Below are positions 1 through 64,000 of a stretch of 64,000 nucleotides of DNA, one piece after another. A program made the translations under genes and the position numbers. Positions within the stretch are counted from its first letter, which is position 1. Each line of letters opens with the position of its first letter. The DNA comes from Bugula neritina (Eukaryota > Animalia > Bryozoa): NCBI GenBank assembly GCA_964035545.1, contig OZ037770.1, positions 11,614,463 to 11,678,462 of the forward strand, given 5' to 3'. The notes under the pieces are model-generated. The model ran no database searches. It worked only from the letters and a program-made list of their open reading frames with translations, and was not told the origin of the DNA.

Positions 1-384
1 GTCTGAATCAGTTAAAAAGCTTAGGCTTAGGATATAAATGACTGACTTCTTGTTGTATGGTTTCTGTTACTCAGTATAATTTATTTTTTGTTATTTCATA
101 TTAATATTAAGAATCTTGCACACCTAATAAATCTGAGATATATTCAACCTATATATAGCATAGAGTTGAAAGTTGAATGAAAATGATAATTCATGTGTAT
201 AAAGCAAGAAAATTGTCTGCAAAACATATTTGTACTTGAATAATTGAAATGTTTGATTTTTAATGTGATGACAACTTAACATCTGACAAGTAGGATATAC
301 TGGAAACCCTCTATTAAGCCCAATCGTTTGGATTAATGACTTATTCTGTGACTGAGTATGACTTATGCACGTCTGCTTCTGTAG

Positions 385-63817
<63,433 letters not shown>

Positions 63818-64000
63818 GTTAGTTTTAATTAATTTAAAGATAGTGTAATCTACTCAATGACTTTATGTCAGCGTAAATAATTTATAAAAATGATATTTTC
63901 AGACGGTTTTGTACGAAAATGTTTCTTTAATCTGAAACAATAATTAATTGTAATTGATTAGTTGATTGGGGGGGGGGGACTTCAGTACATGCATACTTAA

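Overview
AT-rich, intron-dense eukaryotic (probably invertebrate animal) DNA. The whole window lies inside one + strand gene for a giant axonemal-type dynein heavy chain, most similar by recalled motifs to the outer-arm gamma class (DNAH5/DNAH8). Both gene ends lie outside the window. I reconstructed by hand 80 core GT-AG exons (13,449 nt, 4,483 codons) that join in phase without a stop, running from tail and linker through AAA1-4, stalk/MTBD and AAA5 into AAA6. The protein is intact but strongly divergent. The AAA1 P-loop reads GPQAVGKT, the AAA1 sensor-II motif appears lost, the AAA4 Walker A lysine is gone, and long low-complexity insertions interrupt the tail, linker, AAA1, stalk and microtubule-binding domain. 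About 8-10 frame-preserving microexon candidates fall mostly in those insertions. The introns hold an intact tRNA-Pro(AGG), four copies of a tRNA-Thr-like SINE, two MITE-like families and many tandem repeats that copy the gene's own splice sites. All comparisons to canonical dyneins are from memory; no search was run.
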